Shown here piece by piece: positions 18,478-28,351 of a stretch of 64,000 nt of DNA; position 1 is the stretch's first letter; each line of letters starts with the position of its first letter. The DNA is taken from positions 114,658 through 178,657 of the forward strand of contig JBHIAE010000001.1 of the NCBI GenBank assembly GCA_046758445.1. Reading direction: 5' to 3'. The notes beneath the pieces were generated by a model. It worked only from the letters and a program-made list of their open reading frames with translations, ran no database searches and was not told where the DNA came from. This DNA comes from Candidatus Thorarchaeota archaeon. Lineage in GTDB: Archaea; Asgardarchaeota; Thorarchaeia; Thorarchaeales; Thorarchaeaceae. The position numbers and the translations under genes were made by a program.

Positions 18478-18945
18478 CTACAAGGCGGTCCACCACTCCA
18501 CCTGGTCGTGCGCCCAGACAACATCCGGTCTCATGCCCTGTGCCACTCTCTCCAGATAAGGCCCAAGCCACTCCATCACTCCCTCCAGCGCTCCGAGAAG
18601 CATGGCCCACGCGTCAGTCCTCCAGTCCTCGATGCTGTCGTACCCACAATCCTCATGCCATTCGAAGGGCTCGTAGAGTATGACATCGCCAGTGGACATC
18701 AGTTCGGGAATCCATACTGCAATGTCTGCGATTGTGAATAGGTGAGCCTCGATGCCGGGGTATGTCCTGTGGTCTATGACAACGTATGGGATGGTCTGTG
18801 AGTCGTTGCCTAGCCCAAGCCGCAGCCTCTTTGGGGTGAGTCCGACACCGCAGAAGACATTGAGCACGTACCTGAGATTCGCTAGCATTCTCGGGGTGAA
18901 CTCAATGTCACTGACGGTCCCGCTAGTCACAATACTCACGCTCAC
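18478..18945 (-). CDS. Hypothetical protein, paralog of 18004..18450
   Basis: Shared block PYVVIDHRTYPGIEAHLFTIADIAVW vs PYVMFDDESYFDVSAHLFSLADMAGW. Confidence 0.65.
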   Translation of the reverse strand: MSVSIVTSGTVSDIEFTPRMLANLRYVLNVFCGVGLTPKRLRLGLGNDSQTIPYVVIDHRTYPGIEAHLFTIADIAVWIPELMSTGDVILYEPFEWHEDCGYDSIEDWRTDAWAMLLGALEGVMEWLGPYLERVAQGMRPDVVWAHDQVEWWTAL

Positions 18946-19324
18946 TCATTGTAGCTTCCCCCCGCTGCAGGTCACACTCATCACAAAGCTCTGGTGCCAC
19001 CACACCCTTCTGAACCATGAACGGGTTGCCGCATTTACAGCGTGCCCAGTAGTAGCCCGGTCTGTCAGGCGGATAGAGTTCCATGTAGTCATCCTCCACT
19101 GGACCTCCGATGGTCCACCCCTCTCCCTTCAGTTGTCTGAAGTACTCTGCATAGCCCGTCAGCGTGTCAATCACGTCGTCTATGGTCTTGCACTCGGCGC
19201 ATATCCACTTAAAGCGATGGATCCTCGGGAAGCATGATAGGCACTGACACTCTTCCATTGTCAATCCATTGTTCCGACAGACCCATTCCTCGATCAGGGG
19301 GTCGTATTCATTGGTCCTCTCCAT
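18923..19324 (-). CDS. Cys-rich putative zinc-binding protein
   Basis: CQCLSC, CAEC, CKCG and CDEC motifs; SD GGTGAGGT upstream. Confidence 0.65.
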   Translation of the reverse strand: MERTNEYDPLIEEWVCRNNGLTMEECQCLSCFPRIHRFKWICAECKTIDDVIDTLTGYAEYFRQLKGEGWTIGGPVEDDYMELYPPDRPGYYWARCKCGNPFMVQKGVVAPELCDECDLQRGEATMSEREYCD

Positions 19325-20060
19325 TAGACTACCTCACCCGTATCATGACCTTCGCTCCAGTATGTGTAAGAGGAAGGCGCTAAGGATATTCAAACTACCC
19401 CCAGAAGGAAATGCGTCGCCGCACTTCTTCTCTCAGGAACACGCACCGTTTTGGAACCATAGGCCCACTAATCGCCACTCATAGGCCTCCTTTGTGCCCT
19501 CAGAGCGCTCTATACTCTCCCACCCTTGTCAGCTCCTACCATCTTACGCACCTAGTGGACCTAATTGCCCCTCGACTTTGGGGGTCCTTTTATGACATTC
19601 CAAGACATACAGGTCTGCCGCTTGCCTTAGTCCTAGTGGCTGTCATACTGACCCTGAGAGTCTGTCTTTCAAATGACGCCCAAGATCAACCATCAATCTG
19701 CCCGAGAATACCTGCCAGTCTTTCCAGCATGTGCAGTGTCAAGGTAATTGAGGAAAGACCGGTAGAGCCAACCATTCTTCGATTGGACTTCCATAGACAA
19801 GCTAAGGAGATGTTTCGGACTCCAAACGACATTGAATGTAGATTGTTGCTCAATGAGTTCTTGTCTAGATTGTCCAGATCTTCGGACAGAGAGAGGTGCA
19901 GACTTACGACGGGGTCAGGAAAAACGGGAACTTGCCCTAGCCCACATTGTTGAGCATCCTTTCATTTTGCACATGTCGCTCAAAGTTGTACTTCATTTGT
20001 CGCTTGCAAGAAAGACTCATTTGTATTCGAGATATTTGGCACGATGAGTGGTGGGAAAGA

Positions 20061-21083
20061 ATGTCGTTACTTCCTGTTCTTTTCAGAATGTGCTGGAATA
20101 CAAAGAAATGGCAGAAACCTAGTGGCGATTCCCGAGAAGGCAGCTATCTCCAAATGGGGGAGTTTGGACACGAGGAATGGAATTTCAAAACATCGGATGC
20201 TGTTGATGGATATATCTATGCTTATGTCCGGAGGAAACCTTCTGCTTCTAGAATAAGACAAGCAAAGGGTAGGTTTCTAGTCGGATTCTACACAAGGAAT
20301 CCAAGCTCCCAGAAGTATGAATTGGTCGGGTTATATCACGATGCTAGAATCCCTACCGCTGAGAATCACGAACAGCTTTTCCAAGCTTTTGAAAGACGAG
20401 GTATTTTCAAAAGACGAGCAAAAGAAGTTGCTGATTTGAAGGCTTATTTTGATTATCAAGGCGCGCTCAAGAATCTTAAGACTGCAGTCAAAAACGGGGA
20501 GTATGTACTGAAGTGTCATGTTGAGAATGTACACTTGTTGTCCCATCCCATCGATGTTTCGCATTTGATTCCTGAGAAAGCTAGGTTCATGAATCCAGTA
20601 TACCCTACTAAGATTCCTTTGCCAATAGATAGTTTCATAATTGTGGGTGAGGATGAAGTTTTAGACCGAGAATTAGAGATACTTGATAGTGTAGGCCAAG
20701 TTTCAGAAGACAATATGACCCAATACCTATCAGCACGCGCTCGGAGTATCAAGTCACCCCCAAAGATACAGAAAGCTGCAACGGCAGCATATCAAGTCGA
20801 TGTGCGGCAATCAATATACCTGAAAAGGTTGGCCAAAGATAGATGTCAGATTTGTGGCATACAGAAAAACAAGACATTGGGTTACTTTTGCGACACACAC
20901 CACGTTACGCCCCTCGCTCGCGGAGGACACGATAGTCCTGGGAATATTCTTGTAGTATGTCCAAATTGCCACAGGTCCATTCACCGAGAAATAATCACTG
21001 TGAAGTCTAGAACTAAGAAGCAAATAACACTGACTTCTGAAGGAACTGATGTGTCTCTTTCATTCATTGGTGTACATAGATAG
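20061..21083 (+). CDS. HNH endonuclease with uncharacterised N-terminal domain
   Basis: C-terminal CQICG...THHVTPLARGGHDSPGNILVVCPNCHRSIH; AT-richer than its flanks. Start placed at ATG 20061. Confidence 0.85.
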   Translation: MSLLPVLFRMCWNTKKWQKPSGDSREGSYLQMGEFGHEEWNFKTSDAVDGYIYAYVRRKPSASRIRQAKGRFLVGFYTRNPSSQKYELVGLYHDARIPTAENHEQLFQAFERRGIFKRRAKEVADLKAYFDYQGALKNLKTAVKNGEYVLKCHVENVHLLSHPIDVSHLIPEKARFMNPVYPTKIPLPIDSFIIVGEDEVLDRELEILDSVGQVSEDNMTQYLSARARSIKSPPKIQKAATAAYQVDVRQSIYLKRLAKDRCQICGIQKNKTLGYFCDTHHVTPLARGGHDSPGNILVVCPNCHRSIHREIITVKSRTKKQITLTSEGTDVSLSFIGVHR

Positions 21084-21345
21084 GTTATCAATCATTTCCC
21101 ACGATTCCTACTAGGGCTCAAATGGCATCCCCTTTCCATGCACATCTCCTGTTCTAGTAGTTTAGAGCCCATCTTCAGTCTGGGGAGAAGGTGGAGAAGG
21201 CGAAACTACCTGCGTCCCTTATCTTCGTATGGTTACTCATATGAGAGTTTAGTGTTCCTCTTCCTCGAACTACAACCTGTGCCCGCAAGACCTTAAGAGG
21301 AGGGAATGCAGACGGGCGAACTGACGCCTAGAACGGGTGCAGTAA

Positions 21346-21657
21346 ATGGCGGAAACACTCGAAGTCAGCGAGAATGCGACCATATCTCAGATTGGAAAGG
21401 CACTCTCAAGCCCCACGCGGCTGAAGATCCTGCAACTGCTTCTGAAGGAGGAGCTCGATGTGACGTGTATCGCCCGGGCACTCAGAATGACAGACGCCAA
21501 CGCCAGTGCTCAGGTCAAGATACTTCTTGACTCGGGTCTTCTGGAGTGTCGCTATGAGCCCGGAATGCATGGCCTCAAGAAGCTGTGTCGCAATCATGTT
21601 GACTCTGGCTCCCACATTATTCATCATCTGGAGCTCGTTGTGAGTCGTACAGGCTAA
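21346..21657 (+). CDS. ArsR family transcriptional regulator
   Basis: KALSSPTRLKILQLL...IARAL...ASAQVKILLDSGLL winged HTH. Confidence 0.85.
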   Translation: MAETLEVSENATISQIGKALSSPTRLKILQLLLKEELDVTCIARALRMTDANASAQVKILLDSGLLECRYEPGMHGLKKLCRNHVDSGSHIIHHLELVVSRTG

Positions 21658-21730
21658 TGTGCTCCCGCCACAACAGAGGCGTGTGACACAGAACCGCTGC
21701 TGTGCGGGGGCTTTGGTCTTCCACCTATGA

Positions 21731-22192
21731 CTAGGCTGTTAGGAGATTGTACCCACTACGTCTGACAGTGGGCTTACTGGTGTGGTCACTGTGCAACGGG
21801 TCGGCTTCTTGAGATATCTCTCGTAGAGAAACACCGGAGGCCTCCTTTCCAGTGAACGTATCATAGGTCCTTCCTAGGAGTGCGATCTCCACGGGAAGAA
21901 CAAAGAGTAGAAGGCCAGGAAGGAGGAATAATGGAAGCATAAGGATGACAGCTCCCGATAGACCAAGCGCAGTGAGCGAGTACCTACGAAGAGTTTCACC
22001 TTCGATTTCAAGTTTAGAAACAATCTCTATCTGGCGTTCTCTAGGGGAAACTCCTGTATATGGTACCACCAGTTTGTAGTCGCTGTGGAAGGCCTCTAGT
22101 TGAAGCTGGGTTCTATATTGAAGCTCGCTTTGAGTCATCCTAATTCGGAAGAACATAGGTCCAAATGCATATGTAATCGTGGTAGTCAGCAA
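21731..22192 (-). CDS. Hypothetical membrane protein (start uncertain)
   Basis: Two adjacent hydrophobic helices. The frame is open upstream to 22276 with no other canonical start. Confidence 0.45.
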   Translation of the reverse strand: MLTTTITYAFGPMFFRIRMTQSELQYRTQLQLEAFHSDYKLVVPYTGVSPRERQIEIVSKLEIEGETLRRYSLTALGLSGAVILMLPLFLLPGLLLFVLPVEIALLGRTYDTFTGKEASGVSLREISQEADPLHSDHTSKPTVRRSGYNLLTA

Positions 22193-22374
22193 GTGCGGAA
22201 TTTCCCCACTGACTAACTCTTCAGCGCACTTTTCTGAATCGACCGTTGCGGATTTGGTACGTCTGAGAATGTTGCGTCAAACAGACCTCTTATGTCCTAA
22301 AGCTGGTATTTCAAGTCGGGATAGCAAACGGCGGACGATGCAGGATGTGATTGATGCGTTGAGGGATATCCTTA

Positions 22375-22402
22375 TTATGCAAGCAAGTACTTGCTTGCAT
22401 AA
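22375..22402. promoter_or_regulatory. Perfect 28-bp palindrome, probable TetR operator
   Basis: TTATGCAAGCAAGT/ACTTGCTTGCATAA, ending immediately before the TetR ATG at 22403 and overlapping the TATA-like TTATTAT. Confidence 0.75.
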
Positions 22403-23026
22403 ATGAAATCCGTCGAGATGAGAGTCCTTGAAGCGACCAAGAACCTCTTGGTGAAACACGGCTACAAGGGCACAACCACTAGGAGAATAGCACAGAACGC
22501 TGGTGTAAATGAGGTCACTCTATTCAGGAAGTACAATTCTAAGGACGGACTGCTTGGGGCGGCATTGGTCGATGTTGAGGCAAATGCATTGGCGTCCTTT
22601 GAGTCCGTGTTTGATACAAACAAGGACACGTACCTTGACACTTCACTCCGGACAATAGGCCTGAACCTTATTCAATTTGCAAGAGATGAACAAGATCTGA
22701 TGATTCTTCAGTTTGCCGAAGGACTCAGAATGCCTTCCGTGGCAGACTCACTATCTTCTGTCCCTCAAAGAATACTGACACATCTGACCGAGTACTTTGA
22801 AGAGCAAATAAGGAGAGGTAAGATACGCCAAATAGAACCGAAGATAGCAGCATTGGTCTTCATGAGCTTCATTTCTTACAGCCACATCGCGCGATTGCTT
22901 CTTGGCGATGAATTCATCGAAGATCACGAGAAGAGCTTGGACGACTTTCTCGACGTTTTCACTGGGGGCATACTCGAATCCGATGACTTCGCTCGAAACA
23001 TCAATGCCCTCGAAACTCGTAAGTAA
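22403..23026 (+). CDS. TetR/AcrR family transcriptional regulator
   Basis: GYKGTTTRRIAQNAGVNEVTLFRKYNSKDGL. Confidence 0.93.
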   Translation: MKSVEMRVLEATKNLLVKHGYKGTTTRRIAQNAGVNEVTLFRKYNSKDGLLGAALVDVEANALASFESVFDTNKDTYLDTSLRTIGLNLIQFARDEQDLMILQFAEGLRMPSVADSLSSVPQRILTHLTEYFEEQIRRGKIRQIEPKIAALVFMSFISYSHIARLLLGDEFIEDHEKSLDDFLDVFTGGILESDDFARNINALETRK

Positions 23027-23035
23027 TCGTAGTAG

Positions 23036-24598
23036 GTGTCATCGATAGGAAGCCCAGAAACCCACAGTATTAGCTCCAAGACACATATGCTGAGAATAGT
23101 GACCCAGAACCGGGTTTCAAGACGCTTGTTGAAGGGAATTGTGAATAAGTGTCGGGCTTGCGGAGACTCTCGCCTGAATGTGGCTCTTGAGCTGATTGCC
23201 GAGATAAGAAAGGGCTCTTGTCTATCTTGTAGGCTTGTAACCGCTGTCATTCGGAGAGTGATATCCATTGGATCATCAGCCTTTGGTGCAGATTCGCGAT
23301 TTGTGATCAAGGGTTTCTCAGACCCGATCTTTCGAAAGTCGCTTTCAGGCGTAATATCGGGTCTTGCCAGATTTGGAGCTAGAACCCCATTCGTGCCCGG
23401 TGCACCCTTCCAAGTCGTCTGGAATGTGACCAGAGAATGCAACTTGAAATGTAAACACTGCTACGAAGAGGCGGGTGGCGAAACTCGTGATGAAATGTCG
23501 ACCAATATTGCACTGAAGTGCATCGACAAGTTGGCTGACGCTGGGGTTGTCTTCTTGGCATTCTCTGGAGGCGAGCCTACTCTGCGGCGTGATATTCGTA
23601 CTTTGATTAGACGTGCAACTGATAGAGGGATCTACGTTGCCCTAGCTACGAATGGTACAACACTCTCAAGGCCACAGAGAGTGAGAGAGCTCAAGGAGGC
23701 GGGATTGAGGTTCGTACAGATAAGCCTCGATGGGGCCACAGAAGAAACGCACGACAGCTTCAGAGGCGTACCCGGTGCTTTCAGAAAGACCATCAGTGGA
23801 ATCGAAAACTGCGTCGCTGAGAACCTGTTCGTCGAAGTGGCAATGACAATCACACGTCACAACCTTGCCGAACTCTCCAGCACAGTGCAATTGGCCAGAA
23901 GTCTTCGTGTCAAGTGGTTCATGATCTATAACTTCGTACCAGTAGGACGCGGGCTTGCGATGCTCGAGGCGGACTTGACCCCACTCGAGAGAGAGAAGAT
24001 GCTCCACGAGATCATGGATATGATTGTAATTAGGAGTGATCCTGAACAAACGGAAGTGCTTACAACTGCACCTCAGCTCGGTCGTGTGGCCCGGATGGCA
24101 AGCATTGAGAGGTGTTCTCCCTCTTGTGAAACTTCTGATGAAGTGTATCCCACACACTTCTTCAATGCTCGACTCCCCATACAGATGCGAGAGCTCTCCA
24201 AGTTCATTGGAGGTTGTGGAGCTGGTCGGTTCTACTTGGCAATCGAACCAAATGGTGATGTCTACCCCTGCGTCTTCTTTCCCCATAGCTCCGAGGTCAA
24301 GATCGGCAATATCCTCAAAGACGATTTCGAAAGTCTTTGGACCAACTCTGCTATTCTCAAAGATCTTCGAAACAAGGATCTTCTGAAGGGAGCCTGTGGA
24401 GTTTGTGAGAACCGATATGTCTGCGGAGGTTGCAGAGCCAGAGGATTACAGTATTTCAACGATGTCCATGCCCCTGACCCCGGGTGTGTGAGAAACCTCG
24501 AGTTCTGGAAGGCTCTCAAAGTTCGCGAAGAGGTGCATGAAAGATTCAGGACTGCAATGCATAGAGTGACGACACGGCCACAACAACGGAGAGGATGA
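23036..24598 (+). CDS. Radical SAM/SPASM domain protein (possible GMGT synthase Gms-like)
   Basis: CNLKCKHC, FSGGEP, SPASM cysteines (GCGAG, VYPC, CGVC..CGGCRAR, DPGC) and extra N-terminal CxxC pairs. The start may be ATG 23087. Confidence 0.85.
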   Translation: MSSIGSPETHSISSKTHMLRIVTQNRVSRRLLKGIVNKCRACGDSRLNVALELIAEIRKGSCLSCRLVTAVIRRVISIGSSAFGADSRFVIKGFSDPIFRKSLSGVISGLARFGARTPFVPGAPFQVVWNVTRECNLKCKHCYEEAGGETRDEMSTNIALKCIDKLADAGVVFLAFSGGEPTLRRDIRTLIRRATDRGIYVALATNGTTLSRPQRVRELKEAGLRFVQISLDGATEETHDSFRGVPGAFRKTISGIENCVAENLFVEVAMTITRHNLAELSSTVQLARSLRVKWFMIYNFVPVGRGLAMLEADLTPLEREKMLHEIMDMIVIRSDPEQTEVLTTAPQLGRVARMASIERCSPSCETSDEVYPTHFFNARLPIQMRELSKFIGGCGAGRFYLAIEPNGDVYPCVFFPHSSEVKIGNILKDDFESLWTNSAILKDLRNKDLLKGACGVCENRYVCGGCRARGLQYFNDVHAPDPGCVRNLEFWKALKVREEVHERFRTAMHRVTTRPQQRRG

Positions 24599-26001
24599 CA
24601 ATGAGAGTCCTTCTGGTCGTCCCTAACTCTAAGTGCGATGTGAGGGAATCTCTTGGTGTCCTAGCTCCTCCGTTGGGCCTTGGATACATTGCAGGGTACA
24701 TTCGGAAGTACGGTAACCATGAGGTGAAGATACAGGATTCTTTGCGTGAACGCACAAGTAAAGATGGCTTCCTAAGAGTCCTAGAGGCTTTCTCCCCAGA
24801 TGTAGTGGGCATAAGTGGACAGGCCACACCCGCAATCTATGACGTTTACGCTGCTGCACGGGTAGCAAAGGAGTACAATCCTAGCACTCTCGTGGTAGTC
24901 GGAGGGGCTCATGTGACCTTCGAAGACACTCATGTTCTCAATGATTGTCCAGAAATAGACATAGTAGTCCGTGGAGAGGGAGAAGCCACTATGAATGAAC
25001 TACTAGGCGCGAGAGAGAATGGACGTTCACTGGCCGATGTGAGAGGGATAACGTATCGCCGAGGATCTCACACGATAAGGAATCCAGATATGCCACATCT
25101 ACAGCCACTAGATAGTCTTCCTCTTCCAGCCTACAATCTCCTCAACCTTCGGAAGTACTTCGACAGAGGAGTTTCATGGACCTCAATGATTACAAGTAGG
25201 GGATGTCCCTACCAGTGTGTATTCTGCTCCTCATCACGAATCGTAGGGAAGAGATGGCGGGGGAGAAGTCCAGACAACGTAATGAAGGAGGTCCGGCTAC
25301 TAGAGAATAAGTTTGGTGTAAGAGAGATCGAATTTCTGGATGATCTATTCACCTTCAACAAGAACAGAGTCAAAGAGATGTGCGTGCTTTTCAGAAACAT
25401 CGGAATCAGCTCTGGCTGGACCTGCTCGACACGCGCTGACATCATGGCGAGAGATCCGGAGATGGCAGGCTGGCTAAAGGCCGCCGGCTGTCATACGGTA
25501 TACCTGGGCGCGGAGTCAGGCAGTCAAAGAGTCCTCAACATGATGAACAAGGGAATCCGAATCAGCGATATCGTCAAGTCAGTCAGGATTCTGAAGGAAA
25601 ATGGCCTCAATGTCATTCTGTCATTCATCATTGGCCTTCCGGGTGAAACGAGAGAAGAGATCAAGGCAACTATCGACTTTGCTTGCAGGCTAGATCCGAG
25701 TCTAGCTCAGTTCACAGTGTGCACACCCTTCCCGGGAACTCCTCTTTACGAAGAGGCACTAGAGAACGGATGGCTGAAGAGCGGAAACTGGACTCGATAC
25801 TCGGTCTTAGATCCAGTCATGCGCCTTCCTGACTTTCAGAAGAGGGAGATAAAGAGGTACTTGCATATAGCGTATTTGAGATTCTATGCAAGGCTTAGGT
25901 TCTTGTGGCAACAGGTCAAGACAGGCAATCTTCGCATCTTCAGATTGATGGCGCAGAATCTGATTAGGTACCTTAGGGAAGGACGTCTGTCTGCAAGGTA
26001 A
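24595..26001 (+). CDS. Cobalamin-binding (class B) radical SAM protein, putative methyltransferase
   Basis: PPLGLGYIA and GGAHVT B12-binding domain, TSRGCPYQCVFC, and TPFPGT. ATGA overlap with the upstream gene. Confidence 0.9.
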   Translation: MTMRVLLVVPNSKCDVRESLGVLAPPLGLGYIAGYIRKYGNHEVKIQDSLRERTSKDGFLRVLEAFSPDVVGISGQATPAIYDVYAAARVAKEYNPSTLVVVGGAHVTFEDTHVLNDCPEIDIVVRGEGEATMNELLGARENGRSLADVRGITYRRGSHTIRNPDMPHLQPLDSLPLPAYNLLNLRKYFDRGVSWTSMITSRGCPYQCVFCSSSRIVGKRWRGRSPDNVMKEVRLLENKFGVREIEFLDDLFTFNKNRVKEMCVLFRNIGISSGWTCSTRADIMARDPEMAGWLKAAGCHTVYLGAESGSQRVLNMMNKGIRISDIVKSVRILKENGLNVILSFIIGLPGETREEIKATIDFACRLDPSLAQFTVCTPFPGTPLYEEALENGWLKSGNWTRYSVLDPVMRLPDFQKREIKRYLHIAYLRFYARLRFLWQQVKTGNLRIFRLMAQNLIRYLREGRLSAR

Positions 26002-26093
26002 GCCTTTCAAGAATCTTGGTCCCTTCTACAAGCCAACATCATCAAGTGCCCATTCCTGCATGAATGGCTTTGACGGGTCTTTCAATGACTGTG

Positions 26094-26348
26094 CTAGGCC
26101 AACACTCCTCCATGACCTCTGAAGACGGCCTTAGCCCGGTCCAAGTCAGCTAGATAGAGGGGTTGACGCATGTCGCCAAGGTTAGGTATGCGGCGGCAAA
26201 GCTGAAGCTTCCTCAATTGCCTCAAGGCAAAGGAAACTGTGCGTAGAGGCAGATTCGCTTGCTTGCTGATAACCTTTGGAGGGTGGGGACCCTTCTTGGT
26301 CAGAAAGTCAAGCACAATCAGGGCGCTTTTTGGTAGTTCGGGAGACAT
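26094..26348 (-). CDS. Small winged-HTH (MarR/TrmB-like) DNA-binding protein
   Basis: LPKSALIVL...LPLRTVSFALRQL...PNLGDMRQPLY, an archaeal small wHTH pattern. Confidence 0.75.
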   Translation of the reverse strand: MSPELPKSALIVLDFLTKKGPHPPKVISKQANLPLRTVSFALRQLRKLQLCRRIPNLGDMRQPLYLADLDRAKAVFRGHGGVLA

Positions 26349-26367
26349 ACTCTATCACCAATTCATT

Positions 26368-26853
26368 CTAGATTGTGTATCTGAAAGGAGGGATTACGAA
26401 ACTCTCGTCGCCAAATGGACTACAATCGGATGGTGGATTCAACAACTCAAACATCTCCGTGTCAGGAGTGCTGCTGAAATCTCGGAAAGCTGTCCAAAGG
26501 CACTCCTGGCCAATTACATCAAGGGCGAATCCTCTGTCATGCAATTTCGCAAGGTACCGTAGGTGGGTGACTGCCTCTTCGAGTAACGCAAGTGTATCGT
26601 TTGTTGCATTTGCCTCGATGTCTGTTTCCTCAGTGGTTTCAGCCTTCACGGCATGAACACGGGTAGGGAAAGATAGCTCCACCTCTATGGTAACCTGATC
26701 TGGTGTGTTCAGACGGCGAATTACGAGGATACGGACCCACTCAGACTGGCACAATATCGATAGTGACTCACCGTTTTCATTGAAGCTTAGCTTATCTTCT
26801 GGAACTTCCGAAAGCTTCGAGTATCTTTTGATTAATTCGGAGATGGACATCAT
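26368..26853 (-). CDS. Hypothetical protein
   Basis: 161-aa ORF co-oriented with and 20 bp from the wHTH gene. Confidence 0.65.
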   Translation of the reverse strand: MMSISELIKRYSKLSEVPEDKLSFNENGESLSILCQSEWVRILVIRRLNTPDQVTIEVELSFPTRVHAVKAETTEETDIEANATNDTLALLEEAVTHLRYLAKLHDRGFALDVIGQECLWTAFRDFSSTPDTEMFELLNPPSDCSPFGDESFVIPPFRYTI

Positions 26854-27040
26854 CTCATTTCACACATAGTATCGTGACTAGAATGGATATCTATTCTCGG
26901 GAGTCGGATGATTCAGGATTCTGCGTTAGGACACTAAGAAATCGAAGAATTCCGAATCCGCGGGTTCGGAAATGTGCAAAAATGGCCTTTGAGCCAGAAG
27001 TATGGACCATTCTAGGTAGAAGGCGAAGCTGGACATCCTG

Positions 27041-27607
27041 TCAGATTATATCCTTGATGACCTGCCGATTCTTGACACTTCCCCAAGCACAGACCTCCAG
27101 TCTTAGCCATCTCTCGTAGACGTCATCCACGTCAAGCAGAGTTGCAAAGTAGAGAGAGAGCACCAAGCCATGTGAAACTACTAGCACTGTGTCAGATTCG
27201 ATTTCCGATTCTATACTTCGAATGCCTTGTTCGAACCGTCGAATCGCGCTTGCTGCCGTCTCCCATCCATGAGCACTGGAGTCTTGATTTCTGAATGCTA
27301 GCTGCACCCTTCTGAGATACTCGTTTTGAGATTCAATGTGGCCACCAACCCTCTCCAGCTCATTGAATCTGGGTTCTATTATTATCTCTAGACCAAGTTT
27401 CACTGCAAAAGGCCGTGCAGTTTCGATGGCCTTGGATTCTGCCGAAGTTACAACAAGATCCACTTTGTCAAACATACCGCTCGATGCCAGCATCCGCGCA
27501 GTCTTTACACCCTCTCTAGTCACATGCCATCTTGACGGAGAGGTGTCTGGATCAATCCTAGTTTCAGCGTGCCTCAGAAAGTGAATCAAGGTGGCCATCG
27601 ACATCAC
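27041..27607 (-). CDS. Histidine phosphatase superfamily protein
   Basis: LRHAET, RFNE and VVSHG motifs. Confidence 0.9.
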   Translation of the reverse strand: MMSMATLIHFLRHAETRIDPDTSPSRWHVTREGVKTARMLASSGMFDKVDLVVTSAESKAIETARPFAVKLGLEIIIEPRFNELERVGGHIESQNEYLRRVQLAFRNQDSSAHGWETAASAIRRFEQGIRSIESEIESDTVLVVSHGLVLSLYFATLLDVDDVYERWLRLEVCAWGSVKNRQVIKDII

Positions 27608-27678
27608 CTGAATTCTGGCATTGACATAGGCTTTCCCTATCCAACGTTGTAGGAAAGCTGGTCAATGAATTGGTACTC

Positions 27679-28263
27679 TCATAGCGCAACAAACTGGCTG
27701 GTAGACTTATCCCAGCCTAGCTTCTTGGCCTTCTTGAATGCTTCACTTGACTCTTTGTAACGTCCCAGAATCCAGAGAAGAAGTCGCAGCTTATTCCATA
27801 GATCGGGATTCTCCGGGTCTGCTTTGATCTCCCTACGCACCCCTTTCTCGATTCTCTTGTAGTCCTCCAGCTCCCTGTCACGTTCATCCACTACAGACTT
27901 CAGGACGTTTCGAATGTGGTCCGCAGACCGAATGAACTCATACGAGAGGAATTCTCTAGGTGCTCCCCTCACCGCTTCATTGATTGCCGCCTGCGGAGTA
28001 TCCGAAGCCCTCCACAGCTCACCTTCGACTAGCCGCCTCTCGCAGCCACCACGCATGAAACCCAATAGTGAGCCAAGATGTATTGTGACCGGATGATCTT
28101 CTCCGAGATGCTCTTGGGCCTGTGTCCATTCAAAATAGACAACCTCTCGTCCCACAGTATCTAGGACTCTCGGAGTACAGCCAATCTTCTTCAAATCGGT
28201 GACTAGATTCTTCACAGTGTACTTTACTCGTTGGACTAGCTTGGGTGACTTGTTACGTGGCAT
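27679..28263 (-). CDS. Protein with C-terminal TPR repeat
   Basis: DPENPDLWNKL...LGRYKESSEAFKKA. Confidence 0.7.
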   Translation of the reverse strand: MPRNKSPKLVQRVKYTVKNLVTDLKKIGCTPRVLDTVGREVVYFEWTQAQEHLGEDHPVTIHLGSLLGFMRGGCERRLVEGELWRASDTPQAAINEAVRGAPREFLSYEFIRSADHIRNVLKSVVDERDRELEDYKRIEKGVRREIKADPENPDLWNKLRLLLWILGRYKESSEAFKKAKKLGWDKSTSQFVAL

Positions 28264-28351
28264 ACACCTCGCCCACCAAAACGATATTCACTGTACTTGT
28301 GGGCTAAGATAAATCATCTGTAGATGAACAGTACAAATCATTCTAGGAACT

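Larger units (their letters stand above)
8988..21083. mobile_element. Accessory island / probable decayed integrated element (boundaries approximate)
   Basis: Block of non-housekeeping genes: LAGLIDADG protein, HerA/VirB4-like ATPase, small ORFans, stop-riddled ORFs and an HNH nuclease, with patchy base composition. No integrase or att repeat was seen. Confidence 0.5.

Noticed and set aside
8930-21350. att sites, tRNA target or integrase for the island
   Set aside because: None found by eye, so the island boundaries remain approximate.
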